Below are positions 49,557 to 59,055 of a stretch of 64,000 nucleotides of DNA, in pieces. Where the stretch lies: NCBI GenBank assembly GCA_965651265.1, contig CBFGRV010000012.1, positions 1,401 to 65,400 on the forward strand, in the 5' to 3' direction. The notes beneath the pieces were generated by a model. That model made no database searches, was not told the origin of the DNA, and saw nothing but the letters and a program-made list of their open reading frames with translations. Both the position numbers and the translations under genes were made by a program. Position 1 is the first letter of the stretch. The number at the start of each line of letters is the position of its first letter. This DNA is from an uncultured Rhodothermales bacterium. GTDB taxonomy: Bacteria; Bacteroidota; Rhodothermia; Rhodothermales; VXPQ01.

Positions 49557-52500
49557 CTATTCGCTGCTGACGGCGATGTTCTCTCGGCCAAAGAGCCGCG
49601 TAATCCCTGTCATGAGCTCAGGCGTCGGCTCCACCACAAATCGCCGGCTGCGTACGCGCTGAGGTCCTGCCGGCAAGTCAGGCATCATGATATCGAAATA
49701 TAGCTTACAAGAGCCGCGATTCTCCTCACAGAGGCCTCGTAATTGTTCGATGGCTTCTTCCCGTACTCGTTGAGTGTCGACGTTCAATACGATGGACTTG
49801 ACCAGCTGCTCGCGCACCTTCCACATGGGCATGATTTCTCGCGCGATCACTTTTACTCCACCACGCCGTACCTCTACCTCGCCAGTCACCATCACGACCT
49901 CGTCAACGACCAGATAATTCTGGACGCGGTCGAATACGTTTGAGAAACAGACGACCTCACCTTGCCCGGTGAAGTCTTCGATAGTGGCGAATGCGATCGG
50001 CTTGCCGGACCTGGTCGATCGACGCTGCACGTCCATGATGATGCCGAAAAAGCAGTGTTGGGGGCCTCGTTGGTAGCCGTTCTGATCGCCGTTTCCGGTG
50101 GGCTCGCCATCTGGGAGGTTCTCGGCGATGCGTCCGAATTGGGCCGTTGCGAAGGCGCGAGCCTCCGCAGCGTACGCATCGAGCGGATGGCCGGATACGT
50201 AGAATCCCATCAGTTCGCGTTCCTCCTTGAGTAAGCGCGATCGCGGCCACCGATCAACGGTGGGGAGCGCAGGCGTCATGACGATTCCCGCTCCCTCCGA
50301 TCCAAAGAGGGAATTCTGTCCCGCCGCTTTGTCGGCCTGCACACGTTGCGCGAATTGAACCGCCAGATCGATAGCGGCGACCAATTGCGCACGATGTCCC
50401 TCGAGCTCATCCAGAGCGCCGGCTCTCGCCAGGCTTTCGAGCGTTTTCTTGTTCACTGCACGGAGGTCGAGATTTCGAACCAGATCAAACAGCGTCTGAA
50501 AAGGTCCGTGCTCCTTTCGCACAGCGACGATGGCTTCGATCGCAGCAGTACCGACACCCTTGATCGCCCCAAGCCCGAATCGAATTCGATCACCGTCGAC
50601 GGTAAAGTGTTTCTCACTGGCATTGATGGAGGGGCCAAGCACCTCGAGACCCATCTGTCGTGCTTCATCCAGCACGGTTGAGAGACGCTTGGTATCTCCC
50701 ATTTCGTTTGTCATTGCCGCGGCCATGAAAGCAGCCGGGAAATGAGCCTTGAGGTAAGCCGTCTGGTACGCGACAACGGAGTAGGCGGCGCTGTGGCTCT
50801 TGTTGAATCCGTAGCCCGCGAACTTGGCCATCATGTCGAAGACTTCGTTCGCCGTCTCCTCGCTGACGCCGCGTTCCTTTGCGCCCTCGACAAAAATGGT
50901 GCGCTGCCGGTCCATCTCGGACTGTTTCTTCTTTCCCATCGCTCGCCGAAGTAGATCGGCGCCGCCGAGAGAGTAGCCCCCCATTACCTGCGCAATCTGC
51001 ATCACCTGTTCCTGGTAGACAGGGATGCCGAACGTTGGCTTGAGAACGGGCTCCAGCATGGGATGCGGAAACTCCACTTTCTCGCGCCCGTGCTTGCGAT
51101 CGATGTACTTCGGGATGAGGTCCATCGGCCCCGGGCGATACAGGGCGTTCATTGCAATCAGGTCGTCCAGCGTCGTGGGCTGCAATTTTCGCAGCCACTC
51201 CCGCATTCCGCTGGACTCGAACTGAAAGATGGCGACGGTATCTCCGCGCTGAAACAGATCGAATGTCTTCTCGTCGTCGAGTGGAATTTGGTCGATGTCG
51301 ATCCGAATCCCGTAGTTCGCCTCGATCAGATCCAGGGTGTCGTCGAGGACCGTGAGGGTCTTCAGCCCCAGGAAGTCCATTTTCAATAGACCGAACGACT
51401 CGACCCAACTCCCATCGAACTGAGTGGTCACCACTTCGTCGCCCTTACTTCGGGCGACCGCAATGGGTACGTATTCACTTACATCACCAGGTGCGATGAT
51501 CACGCCGGCCGCATGTACGCCCGTATGCCGTGCCGAGCCCTCGAGGACTTGTCCGTAGTGGAGGAGCTTACGAATCTCTGGGTCGTCGCTCTTTTCGAGA
51601 TCGCGAAGTTCTTTGACCTCCGACAAGGCGGTCTGTAAGCTAACCTTCGGACCCTCGGGGATTAGTTTGGCGATGCGATCCGCTTCGCTGAGGGGAATGC
51701 CGAGCACACGTGCGACGTCGCGGATTACCGAGCGCGCACCCATGGTGCCGAAGGTCACGATCTGACAGACGTTCTGCCGGCCATATTTCTCGACGACATA
51801 GTCGATCACCATGGCTCGTCCACGGTCATCGAAATCGATGTCGATATCCGGCATCGAAACGCGCTCAGGATTAAGAAATCGTTCGAAAAGTAGGTCGTAC
51901 TGAAGGGGGTCGATGTTCGTAATTCCGAGGCAGTAGGCTACGGCGCTGCCCGCGGCCGAACCTCTGCCGGGTCCCACGCGAACACCCAGGCGCCGAGCGG
52001 CCGACGTAAAATCCTGGACTATAAGGAAATAGCCGGCGTATCCCATCTCGGAGATGATCGCCAACTCGTGGTTCAAGCGCTCCACGACGTCCTGCGGCAT
52101 CCCCGGATACCTCTCACCAGCCCGCTCGAACACGAGATGCCGGAGATACGCGTCCATGTCTCCGCCGAATTCCTCGGGGATGGGGTAGTGGGGCATGAGC
52201 AACCTCCCCATCGGCAACGTGAAATCGCATTTGTCCACAATTTCGCGTGTCGTATCGAGAGCGCCATCCCTGACTATGGGATCCAAACCGGAAAGCGCTG
52301 CGCGCATCTCATCGACCGTCTTGAAATAGAACTGGTCGTTCTCAAAACGCATCCTGTTGGGATCGTAGAGATCCTTGCCTGTCTGTAGGCAGAGGAGGAC
52401 GTCCTGAGCCGCAGAGTCATGCTGTTCGATGTAGTGAACGTCATTCGTCGCGATGACTTTCACCCCATACTCGCGGGCCCACCGAAGGAGGACCTCGTTG

Positions 52501-53045
52501 CAACGCTTCTGATCGGCTATGCCATGGTCCTGGATTTCGATGTAATAGTCCTCTCCGAAGATGGCGAGGTAGTCTTCGAAGACGCTCCTCGCCGTTTCTT
52601 CACCTCGAGTCAGGATAGTCTGAAGTACTTCTCCCTGGAGGCAACAGGTTGTAGCGATCAGTCCCTCGCTGTACCGCTCGAGCAGATCTTTGTCGATGCG
52701 CGGCTTGTAATAGTAGCCCTCAACGAAAGAAAGGGAGGAGAGCTTGATCAGGTTGCGGTAGCCGGTCTCATTCTTGGCGAGTAGTACCTGATGGTATCGA
52801 GTGCGATCGTCCCGATTGACCCTCCCTCTCGGCGCCAGATAGAACTCGGAGCCGATGATGGGTTTAATGCCTGCTTTTCGAGCTGCGGCATAGAATTCGG
52901 GAACGCCGTATAGATTCCCGTGATCGGTGATGGCGAGGCCGGACATGCCCTGCGCCGCCGCTTTGTCGACTAGGGTCTGGATTCGTGCGGCGCCGTCCAG
53001 CAGAGAATACTGAGTGTGGCAATGCAGGTGGCTGAAATCACACAT
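49557..53045 (-). CDS. dnaE: DNA polymerase III alpha subunit
   Basis: 1162 aa. PHP domain (FSHLHCHTQYSLLDGA), catalytic region (PDIDIDF), FNKSHSAAY, and an OB fold at the C-terminus. Confidence 0.97.
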   Translation of the reverse strand: MCDFSHLHCHTQYSLLDGAARIQTLVDKAAAQGMSGLAITDHGNLYGVPEFYAAARKAGIKPIIGSEFYLAPRGRVNRDDRTRYHQVLLAKNETGYRNLIKLSSLSFVEGYYYKPRIDKDLLERYSEGLIATTCCLQGEVLQTILTRGEETARSVFEDYLAIFGEDYYIEIQDHGIADQKRCNEVLLRWAREYGVKVIATNDVHYIEQHDSAAQDVLLCLQTGKDLYDPNRMRFENDQFYFKTVDEMRAALSGLDPIVRDGALDTTREIVDKCDFTLPMGRLLMPHYPIPEEFGGDMDAYLRHLVFERAGERYPGMPQDVVERLNHELAIISEMGYAGYFLIVQDFTSAARRLGVRVGPGRGSAAGSAVAYCLGITNIDPLQYDLLFERFLNPERVSMPDIDIDFDDRGRAMVIDYVVEKYGRQNVCQIVTFGTMGARSVIRDVARVLGIPLSEADRIAKLIPEGPKVSLQTALSEVKELRDLEKSDDPEIRKLLHYGQVLEGSARHTGVHAAGVIIAPGDVSEYVPIAVARSKGDEVVTTQFDGSWVESFGLLKMDFLGLKTLTVLDDTLDLIEANYGIRIDIDQIPLDDEKTFDLFQRGDTVAIFQFESSGMREWLRKLQPTTLDDLIAMNALYRPGPMDLIPKYIDRKHGREKVEFPHPMLEPVLKPTFGIPVYQEQVMQIAQVMGGYSLGGADLLRRAMGKKKQSEMDRQRTIFVEGAKERGVSEETANEVFDMMAKFAGYGFNKSHSAAYSVVAYQTAYLKAHFPAAFMAAAMTNEMGDTKRLSTVLDEARQMGLEVLGPSINASEKHFTVDGDRIRFGLGAIKGVGTAAIEAIVAVRKEHGPFQTLFDLVRNLDLRAVNKKTLESLARAGALDELEGHRAQLVAAIDLAVQFAQRVQADKAAGQNSLFGSEGAGIVMTPALPTVDRWPRSRLLKEERELMGFYVSGHPLDAYAAEARAFATAQFGRIAENLPDGEPTGNGDQNGYQRGPQHCFFGIIMDVQRRSTRSGKPIAFATIEDFTGQGEVVCFSNVFDRVQNYLVVDEVVMVTGEVEVRRGGVKVIAREIMPMWKVREQLVKSIVLNVDTQRVREEAIEQLRGLCEENRGSCKLYFDIMMPDLPAGPQRVRSRRFVVEPTPELMTGITRLFGRENIAVSSE

Positions 53046-53284
53046 GCGCGAACGTTCCTATACAGCTCACGGATCTCGCTCCGAATGAAACCACGGTATG
53101 TCCGGGCATCAATAACTGTGGAAAGCTTGTTATCAACGAGCCCGGATCGGTCAGAAGCTCCGCTCTCAAGGTGACAATCCTATGTCATGCTAACGACCCT
53201 TCTTTACAGATACTCGAATAGGCCCCACGTTGTCTGGTGAGCCGCTCTCCAGGCCTGCTCAAGACGGCAGACTGTCCGCGAGAC

Positions 53285-54025
53285 ATGCAGCGAAGCATCC
53301 GATACATAATTCACCTTGACGATCCACACGCGAGCGATCCACTCTTCCTCCAGAGCCTCGGTCGTGCGCTCGCACTGGCTGCGCTTCGACCTGCGCCGAT
53401 CATCGTACACGGCAGCGCGGAAGTAGCTGAACACTTGCTTGAAGCCGAAGGCATCTTCCACCAACGGGAAGGCGGTGTGATACCGATTCAGTCGCTGAGG
53501 GAGCACCAATTGGTGGAGCGAGCCGGACGCCATCTCAATCAACAAATTTCCGCGATCTTAAACGAGGCCGCACTGGCCAACGTGGCCGTCTTCGGCACAC
53601 AGCGACGCGCCCTCGTGGTGGAGGACGGGCGCGTACATGCCCGAGATGGTGCTTGGATTGCCGAGCTCTCCAAGCAGGGAGTGACACCGATCGTGGCCGC
53701 CTTCGCCCGAGACGCGGAGGGGGAGAGGTCCGGTGAGGTACCACTCGTAGACGCCGAGCTAGCCATCGCCCATCTGCTTCATCCGGAGCCGGTCGAGGTC
53801 GTGATATTCACCCGTACGAACTTGCCGGGTATCATGGAGGGCGGCCGCACGATCGAGCAGATCAATATCGGAGATCCGAAAATCGTTGCATCCGTCAGCG
53901 ATCGGATTGGAATGGAGATGATCGTGAACGCCGGGTACTCCGTGCTGCTGACGAATACTACCCGGCTCGCGGACCGAACCGGCCCGGTCGGCACGCACGT
54001 GCGTAAGGACCACATCGACCCTTGA
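53285..54025 (+). CDS. Amino-acid-kinase-fold protein (acetylglutamate-kinase-like, degenerate glycine loops)
   Basis: Collinear with the ArgB pattern as I recall it, but KIGG is replaced by HLDD and VHGGG by VHGSA. I prefer the ATG at 53285. The opposite-strand ORF 53204-53545 is judged a shadow. Confidence 0.5.
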   Translation: MQRSIRYIIHLDDPHASDPLFLQSLGRALALAALRPAPIIVHGSAEVAEHLLEAEGIFHQREGGVIPIQSLREHQLVERAGRHLNQQISAILNEAALANVAVFGTQRRALVVEDGRVHARDGAWIAELSKQGVTPIVAAFARDAEGERSGEVPLVDAELAIAHLLHPEPVEVVIFTRTNLPGIMEGGRTIEQINIGDPKIVASVSDRIGMEMIVNAGYSVLLTNTTRLADRTGPVGTHVRKDHIDP

Positions 54026-54151
54026 ATCACGATTCTCACTACGGGCGACGCCGCACGCCATCAACTTGACAGGGGCGAATTGGGAGTTTATGTTCGTACA
54101 TGGGCAATACCACTACGCACCCCCCACATCACAATCCACAGGAGGTCACTA

Positions 54152-54328
54152 ATGAGTCGTTTTACAGAACTGAAGGATTTCGTTGAATCGCTCGAGGAAG
54201 ACTTTACGAAATTCTATCAGAAAGGGAATAAGGCGGCGGGTACGCGCATACGCAAAGCGATGCAGGACCTAAAGCGCAAGGCTCAGGATATTCGTGTGGA
54301 GATTCAGGACAGGAAGAACGAGACGTAA
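54152..54328 (+). CDS. Histone H1-like (Hc1 N-terminal domain) small DNA-binding protein
   Basis: MSRFTELKDFVESLEEDFTKFYQKGNKAAGTRIRKAMQDLKRKAQDIR matches the Hc1/Bacteroidota 'histone H1' pattern (..F..KGNKAAG.R.RK....K..A...R). GGAGG lies 6 nt upstream of the ATG at 54152. Confidence 0.7.
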   Translation: MSRFTELKDFVESLEEDFTKFYQKGNKAAGTRIRKAMQDLKRKAQDIRVEIQDRKNET

Positions 54329-54354
54329 GCCTTTGGATCATTATCGGCACCGTC

Positions 54355-54389
54355 ACGAAGGCTATGCTGATTCCGGCGTAGCCTTTCGT
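54355..54389 (+). terminator. Hairpin downstream of the Hc1-like gene (possible attenuator)
   Basis: 10-bp stem with one bulged T (54355-54364 pairs with 54379-54389) and a 14-nt loop. There is no clear T-tract, so confidence is low. Confidence 0.3.
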
Positions 54390-54431
54390 ATGTGTACTGA
54401 ATTGGTGCCGTCGGTTGTAGTAAGCGGTCCC

Positions 54432-55319
54432 ATGTATCGCGTAGTATCAGTTGTCTTTCTGGCCCTGGCGGTTTTTCAGATTCCCATGGAATCGGCCAGG
54501 GCGCAGGACGCGGACACCGTTAATTATCCCATCTGGGAGTCCCATCTAACGGCCAAGCTCAATGCTGCACAGGCCGGCTACAGCAAGTGGACGGAGGGCG
54601 GGCTAAACTCGCTGTCCGCCACGACGAGCCTGGACGGCAAATTCGAGCGCACGTCGCCGAACTGGCGGCAGACCCACGAAAGTCGGCTTGCCTTCGGTGT
54701 CCTGAAGCAGGATACCTTGAATGTCCGCAAAGCAGACGACATCATCCGGCTTGCGAGCCAGGTGAGCTACCGGGGCAACGGCCTCTTCAAGAAGTTCAAT
54801 CCGACGGCAGCGGCGACGATTCGAACGCAGTTTGCCCCTGGTTTCGCCTACGACCAGAACCCCTTCGGAGATGGACGCAGGCCCCCGGTCAAGGTATCGG
54901 ACATCGGGTCGCCCGCTACCTTCACACAGTCCCTCGGATTCTCGTATGCGGCTAGCTGGGGGTTCAAGCAGCGGTTGGGAATCGCATCGAAGGAAACACT
55001 CGTGGCGATCGAGTACTTGCGCCCCATCTACGGCTTACGTCCTTCTCAGGGCGTTCGATTTCAAATGGGTATCGAATCCCAGACCTCGGTGGACAAAGAG
55101 ATCTTCCGCAACGTTCGGTACAAGTCCACGCTGGGCCTTTTCGCCGCGTTCAATCAGGAAGAACTGCCCGACATGCTATGGGAGAATCTCGTGGCGATGA
55201 AGGTAAACTCCTGGTTGAGTGCCGATTTCGAGTTCGTGACGCTGTACGATCGCGATATCCGTGATGACATTCAGATCAAGGAAATCTTCTCGATCGGCAT
55301 ATCCTTTCTGATAATCTGA
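54432..55319 (+). CDS. DUF3078-like outer-membrane beta-barrel protein
   Basis: Signal peptide MYRVVSVVFLALAVFQIPMESARAQ. W..HLTAKLNAAQAGYSKWTEGGLNS resembles the DUF3078 N-terminal signature, and the remainder alternates in a beta-rich pattern. Confidence 0.55.
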   Translation: MYRVVSVVFLALAVFQIPMESARAQDADTVNYPIWESHLTAKLNAAQAGYSKWTEGGLNSLSATTSLDGKFERTSPNWRQTHESRLAFGVLKQDTLNVRKADDIIRLASQVSYRGNGLFKKFNPTAAATIRTQFAPGFAYDQNPFGDGRRPPVKVSDIGSPATFTQSLGFSYAASWGFKQRLGIASKETLVAIEYLRPIYGLRPSQGVRFQMGIESQTSVDKEIFRNVRYKSTLGLFAAFNQEELPDMLWENLVAMKVNSWLSADFEFVTLYDRDIRDDIQIKEIFSIGISFLII

Positions 55320-55414
55320 CAGCGAATTGACGCGCGATTGAGCTGAATTCGGACGTTACCGGGCGTCTACCGCGGGCTTATCTTCGCCTGCTGCTTCTCT
55401 ATACGGCCGTTGGC

Positions 55415-57592
55415 GTGCTCCTCTGGCCGGTCCCGTTGCTGGGCATTCTCCACGCGGAGTCATCGGCTCTCGTCGCGACCGTCGCGTTTTTTGGGGCAGG
55501 ATCCACGTCTCGGTCGATGCTCAGATCAGGCATCACACTTCCCCAAGTAATAGTCCTCCAGGAATCGGCGCTACTTATCCCCTGGCTTCTCCTTACGATG
55601 AGCGCGATTTGGCGGCCGAACTGTGGATACATGCAGGGGCTCATGCTCTACATATTGTTTGCGGGGATATCCGTCTTGCTGGCCGTCGCCCTCATGAGTT
55701 TTCTCTTGGAGGCGCATGAGCGCAGTTCACACAGAGTCTTCTGGGTAGTTGGGATTTTAATCGGCGTGCTTCCGCCACTCTACGACATCGGATTTCATCC
55801 TCAATTTTATACCTACAATCATGTTTTCGGCGGGGTGCTGGGTCCCATCTATGATGAACAGCTTGCCATTCGGCCGGGACTCTTTGTCTTTCGACTCTTG
55901 ACCCTGCTTTGGGTGGGATTTCTGCTTCTTTTGAGGCGCTTATTGCGTGACAATCGAGGGACGGTCCTCATCGGGTTCGTCGCGCTTCTGATCGGGGCTG
56001 CCTATGCGCAGCCTGCAGAACTCGGATTTGTGACGACCCGGGATAAGCTCAGGAGAGCCCTTCCCGGCACCCGCTTGACGGATCATTTCGAGATCCGGTA
56101 CGATCCACGTGTGATCTCGGATACTGAGATATCGCAGATAGCGGGAGACCACGAATTCCGTTACGAACAGATGAGTCGCCGCCTGCAGGAGACCGTCTCG
56201 GGCAGAATCGAGACGTACATCTACCCAGACCCGGAGGTGAAAGCGCGACTCACGGGGGCGCGATACACGAACATTGCACCCATCTGGCTGGATGAGCCGC
56301 AGATCCACATACTATACGCTTCTTACGACGACGTATTCGCCCACGAGCTCGCCCACGTATTCTCACGAGAATTCGGACTGCCGTGGCTTCGCGCGTCCAT
56401 TGCCGTAGGCCTGATCGAGGGGCTCGCCGTTGCCCTCGAGCCTCCCGACGGCCGACCTACCCCGAGCGAGCAGATGTCGGCGGATCTTCTGGCATCCTCT
56501 GACGAAAGAGACGCCCTCAAACAGGTTCGCGAGCGGGCCAGCGCCGTTGCCAGGCGCCTGGATCCAGTCCGCTTCTGGACAGGTCGCGGTGCCGTTTCGT
56601 ACACCTCGATGGGGTCGTTCGTCGAATACCTGCTGGCTGCGTATGGACCGGAGCGTTTGAAGAAGGCTTATGCGTGTGCCGATTTTCGGGGCGTTTATGG
56701 TAAGTCGGCGGGTGAGCTCGCACAGGAATGGAGTCAACATGTATTGAGCCTTCCGTGGGTGAGTGCATCGGCGCGGGATCACGTGAGGAGACGATTTGTG
56801 ATTCCGTCGTTGTTCGAGAAGCGATGTCCTCATTTCGTTTCGGCGCACGAGCGCCTTTATGAGCGCGCTGCGATCGCTCTCCTCCGGCGCGACTCGCTGG
56901 CTGCGGAGACACACGCCGAGGAAGCGCTGCACCTCAGGCCCGACCATGTGCCGTCGCTCGAGCTCTGGACCGGCCTCCAGCTTGAGCGGGGGAGTGCTCA
57001 TGAGGTGCTTGAACGCATAGCCCTCGCCGATCTGGATTCAATCTCCGCTACGCTCTATCTAAGGCTGGGAGATGCATATGCCAGATTGGGCGACGCTTCT
57101 CGTGCACAAACCAACTACCGTTCTGCCCTGGCGAGACTTCCCAGCCACGCCATTGAGTCGCGAAGCCGGATCCTGCTTCGGTATCTGGCCACGGATTCCG
57201 TCGCAGGCGTGTACGCTAATCAAGGTCTCGAGGCGTTGCGAGCCTGGAGAAAGGAACGTTACGAACAGGCCTTTGCGCTCATGCGTACTATTCCTCCAGA
57301 TGCATTCGAGCCCGAGACTATTGCGGCACACGGCTTCTCGGGGGACAGTCCAGCGGCCATTGGCGCGGAGATATCTCGCCGCCGATGGGTCTGGCTCGCG
57401 AGACTTGCATACTACAACGGGCACTACGACGACGCCGCCGCCTTTGCGGATAGCGCCAGGGCTGCATATGTGCAGATCGGCGCCTTCAACGAAGCCGCCG
57501 TGCAGCGGGATTGGCGGGACCGTGCGCAGTGGTCCGCCGTTCGCGGGATGGGACAGCTGGCCGCCATGGGTATCATGCGAGAAGACACCTGA
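55415..57592 (+). CDS. Polytopic membrane protein with a peptidase-MA-like HExxH domain and C-terminal TPR-like repeats
   Basis: Roughly 6 N-terminal hydrophobic segments. FAHELAHVF...GLIEGLAV fits the Peptidase_MA_2 pattern (HExxH ... EGlA). The C-terminal helical repeats look TPR-like. GTG start. Confidence 0.6.
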   Translation: MLLWPVPLLGILHAESSALVATVAFFGAGSTSRSMLRSGITLPQVIVLQESALLIPWLLLTMSAIWRPNCGYMQGLMLYILFAGISVLLAVALMSFLLEAHERSSHRVFWVVGILIGVLPPLYDIGFHPQFYTYNHVFGGVLGPIYDEQLAIRPGLFVFRLLTLLWVGFLLLLRRLLRDNRGTVLIGFVALLIGAAYAQPAELGFVTTRDKLRRALPGTRLTDHFEIRYDPRVISDTEISQIAGDHEFRYEQMSRRLQETVSGRIETYIYPDPEVKARLTGARYTNIAPIWLDEPQIHILYASYDDVFAHELAHVFSREFGLPWLRASIAVGLIEGLAVALEPPDGRPTPSEQMSADLLASSDERDALKQVRERASAVARRLDPVRFWTGRGAVSYTSMGSFVEYLLAAYGPERLKKAYACADFRGVYGKSAGELAQEWSQHVLSLPWVSASARDHVRRRFVIPSLFEKRCPHFVSAHERLYERAAIALLRRDSLAAETHAEEALHLRPDHVPSLELWTGLQLERGSAHEVLERIALADLDSISATLYLRLGDAYARLGDASRAQTNYRSALARLPSHAIESRSRILLRYLATDSVAGVYANQGLEALRAWRKERYEQAFALMRTIPPDAFEPETIAAHGFSGDSPAAIGAEISRRRWVWLARLAYYNGHYDDAAAFADSARAAYVQIGAFNEAAVQRDWRDRAQWSAVRGMGQLAAMGIMREDT

Positions 57593-58887
57593 TGAAAGGA
57601 TTTAGGCAGTGGATCGTCGCGATCGTCGCTTTGGTGGTCGTTTCCGGATGCGCCACCTCGGAGGAAACTGAGGGTGGACGAAGTGCCGGTCCACGTGCCG
57701 CACTCAACAGGACGGGTTACGTCGAATTAGACCTCGCTGCCGCCGAAAACACCGTCCGATCCATCCAGCTATACCGGGGTGAGGAGCACCAGCTCCCGAT
57801 TTTGTCCCTGCGCACGAACGATCGGCTCACGCTCGAGTTCGATATCCTTGTTGAGGATGGTCGTCCGCTCTCCGCTTACTTTTATCATGCAGATCGCATT
57901 TGGCGGCGTGATCTGACACCGAGTCAGTACCTCGAATCCTATCAACACGACAACATCCTCGATTATCAGATCTCAACGGGGACGCAAGTGCCGTATGTGC
58001 ACTACACGTACCGATTTCCGAACGAAAACATCGAGTTCCTGATCAGCGGCAACTACATCATTCGGGTCACCGAGCAGGGCGATGAGGAGGCCATTCTATT
58101 TGAACGTGCGTTCTTTGTGACGGAGCAGGCGACGGCGCTGGATTTAGTCACGGATCGTGTACTTGTAGGAGGCTATGGATTCCCCTTCATCCAGCCCATC
58201 GCTGAATTCGTGCCTGCCCCAGGGACGGAAGGCGGCGTATTCGATTACAATGTCTGCTTCGCCCGAAACGGCCGATTCGATCTGGCACGCTGCTCCGATC
58301 GCCCCTCCATGATGAATGCACCACTCATGCAGTTCTATCTGGAGCCGGAGACATCATTTGAGCCCGAGGCCGCACCGTACTTTCTCGATCTGGCCAATCT
58401 GAGAGCATCCAATCAGATTGTCTCGGCAGACTTTACGACGAGTCCGTTCCGTGTAGAGCTCGAGCCGGACTACGCGGCATTTGGCGGTTCTGGCCTTGCC
58501 CAGCCCCTCGACGGGCAGCCGATCATATCGTCCGTGCTTCCGATCGGCGACGGCGATGTGCGGGGTGAATACGTGCAAACCCGCTTCGTCTTCGTGCCGC
58601 CGAATGAGCGGCGGCTGGCGGGCGACGTACTTGTCACCGGGAGCTTCAACGGATGGCGCTACGATCCGGCGAATCGCCTCGAGTGGGTGCCCGACAATAG
58701 GCGCTATGAGGGAGAGATACTGCTCAAGCAGGGGCACTACGAGTACCGCTACGTCTCGCGGGATCGGCGTGCGCTGCAGCAAGCGATGCCGCAGGCGAGT
58801 AGTCAGCTGCTTGCCTTCGTTTACTATGACGATCCGAGCCTGCAGACGGACCGACTTCTCGCCGTGAAGCAAACCATCGCACAGTAG
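57592..58887 (+). CDS. DUF5103 (type IX secretion plug-like) lipoprotein with a C-terminal CBM48/AMPK-beta-like module
   Basis: Lipobox MKGFRQWIVAIVALVVVSGC. IRSIQLYRGE..LPILSL...LTLEFD..YFYH(A)DRIWRRDL...SGNYIIRV is the typical DUF5103 pattern. The C-terminal module reads VTGSFNGW...GHYEYRYV. The ATG overlaps the upstream stop as TGATG. Confidence 0.7.
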   Translation: MKGFRQWIVAIVALVVVSGCATSEETEGGRSAGPRAALNRTGYVELDLAAAENTVRSIQLYRGEEHQLPILSLRTNDRLTLEFDILVEDGRPLSAYFYHADRIWRRDLTPSQYLESYQHDNILDYQISTGTQVPYVHYTYRFPNENIEFLISGNYIIRVTEQGDEEAILFERAFFVTEQATALDLVTDRVLVGGYGFPFIQPIAEFVPAPGTEGGVFDYNVCFARNGRFDLARCSDRPSMMNAPLMQFYLEPETSFEPEAAPYFLDLANLRASNQIVSADFTTSPFRVELEPDYAAFGGSGLAQPLDGQPIISSVLPIGDGDVRGEYVQTRFVFVPPNERRLAGDVLVTGSFNGWRYDPANRLEWVPDNRRYEGEILLKQGHYEYRYVSRDRRALQQAMPQASSQLLAFVYYDDPSLQTDRLLAVKQTIAQ

Positions 58888-59055
58888 AGAGGGTGGAATG
58901 TATCGGACGTGCCGAGAAGGATCCATCGTCCCTCTCAGGCCCTCCCAGGACTCGCCGTCTGCCGAGCAATTTTCACCGCAACGTAATGAGGCACTTCTCC
59001 GCATGGTCGTACCTTGAACCGCGTAGAATACCAGGGAGAAATTTGAGGTATCCAG

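Noticed and set aside
53204-53545. 113-aa minus-strand ORF between dnaE and the AAK-like gene
   Set aside because: It overlaps the plus-strand AAK-fold gene, which shows family-like collinearity. The ORF has no motif or start context.
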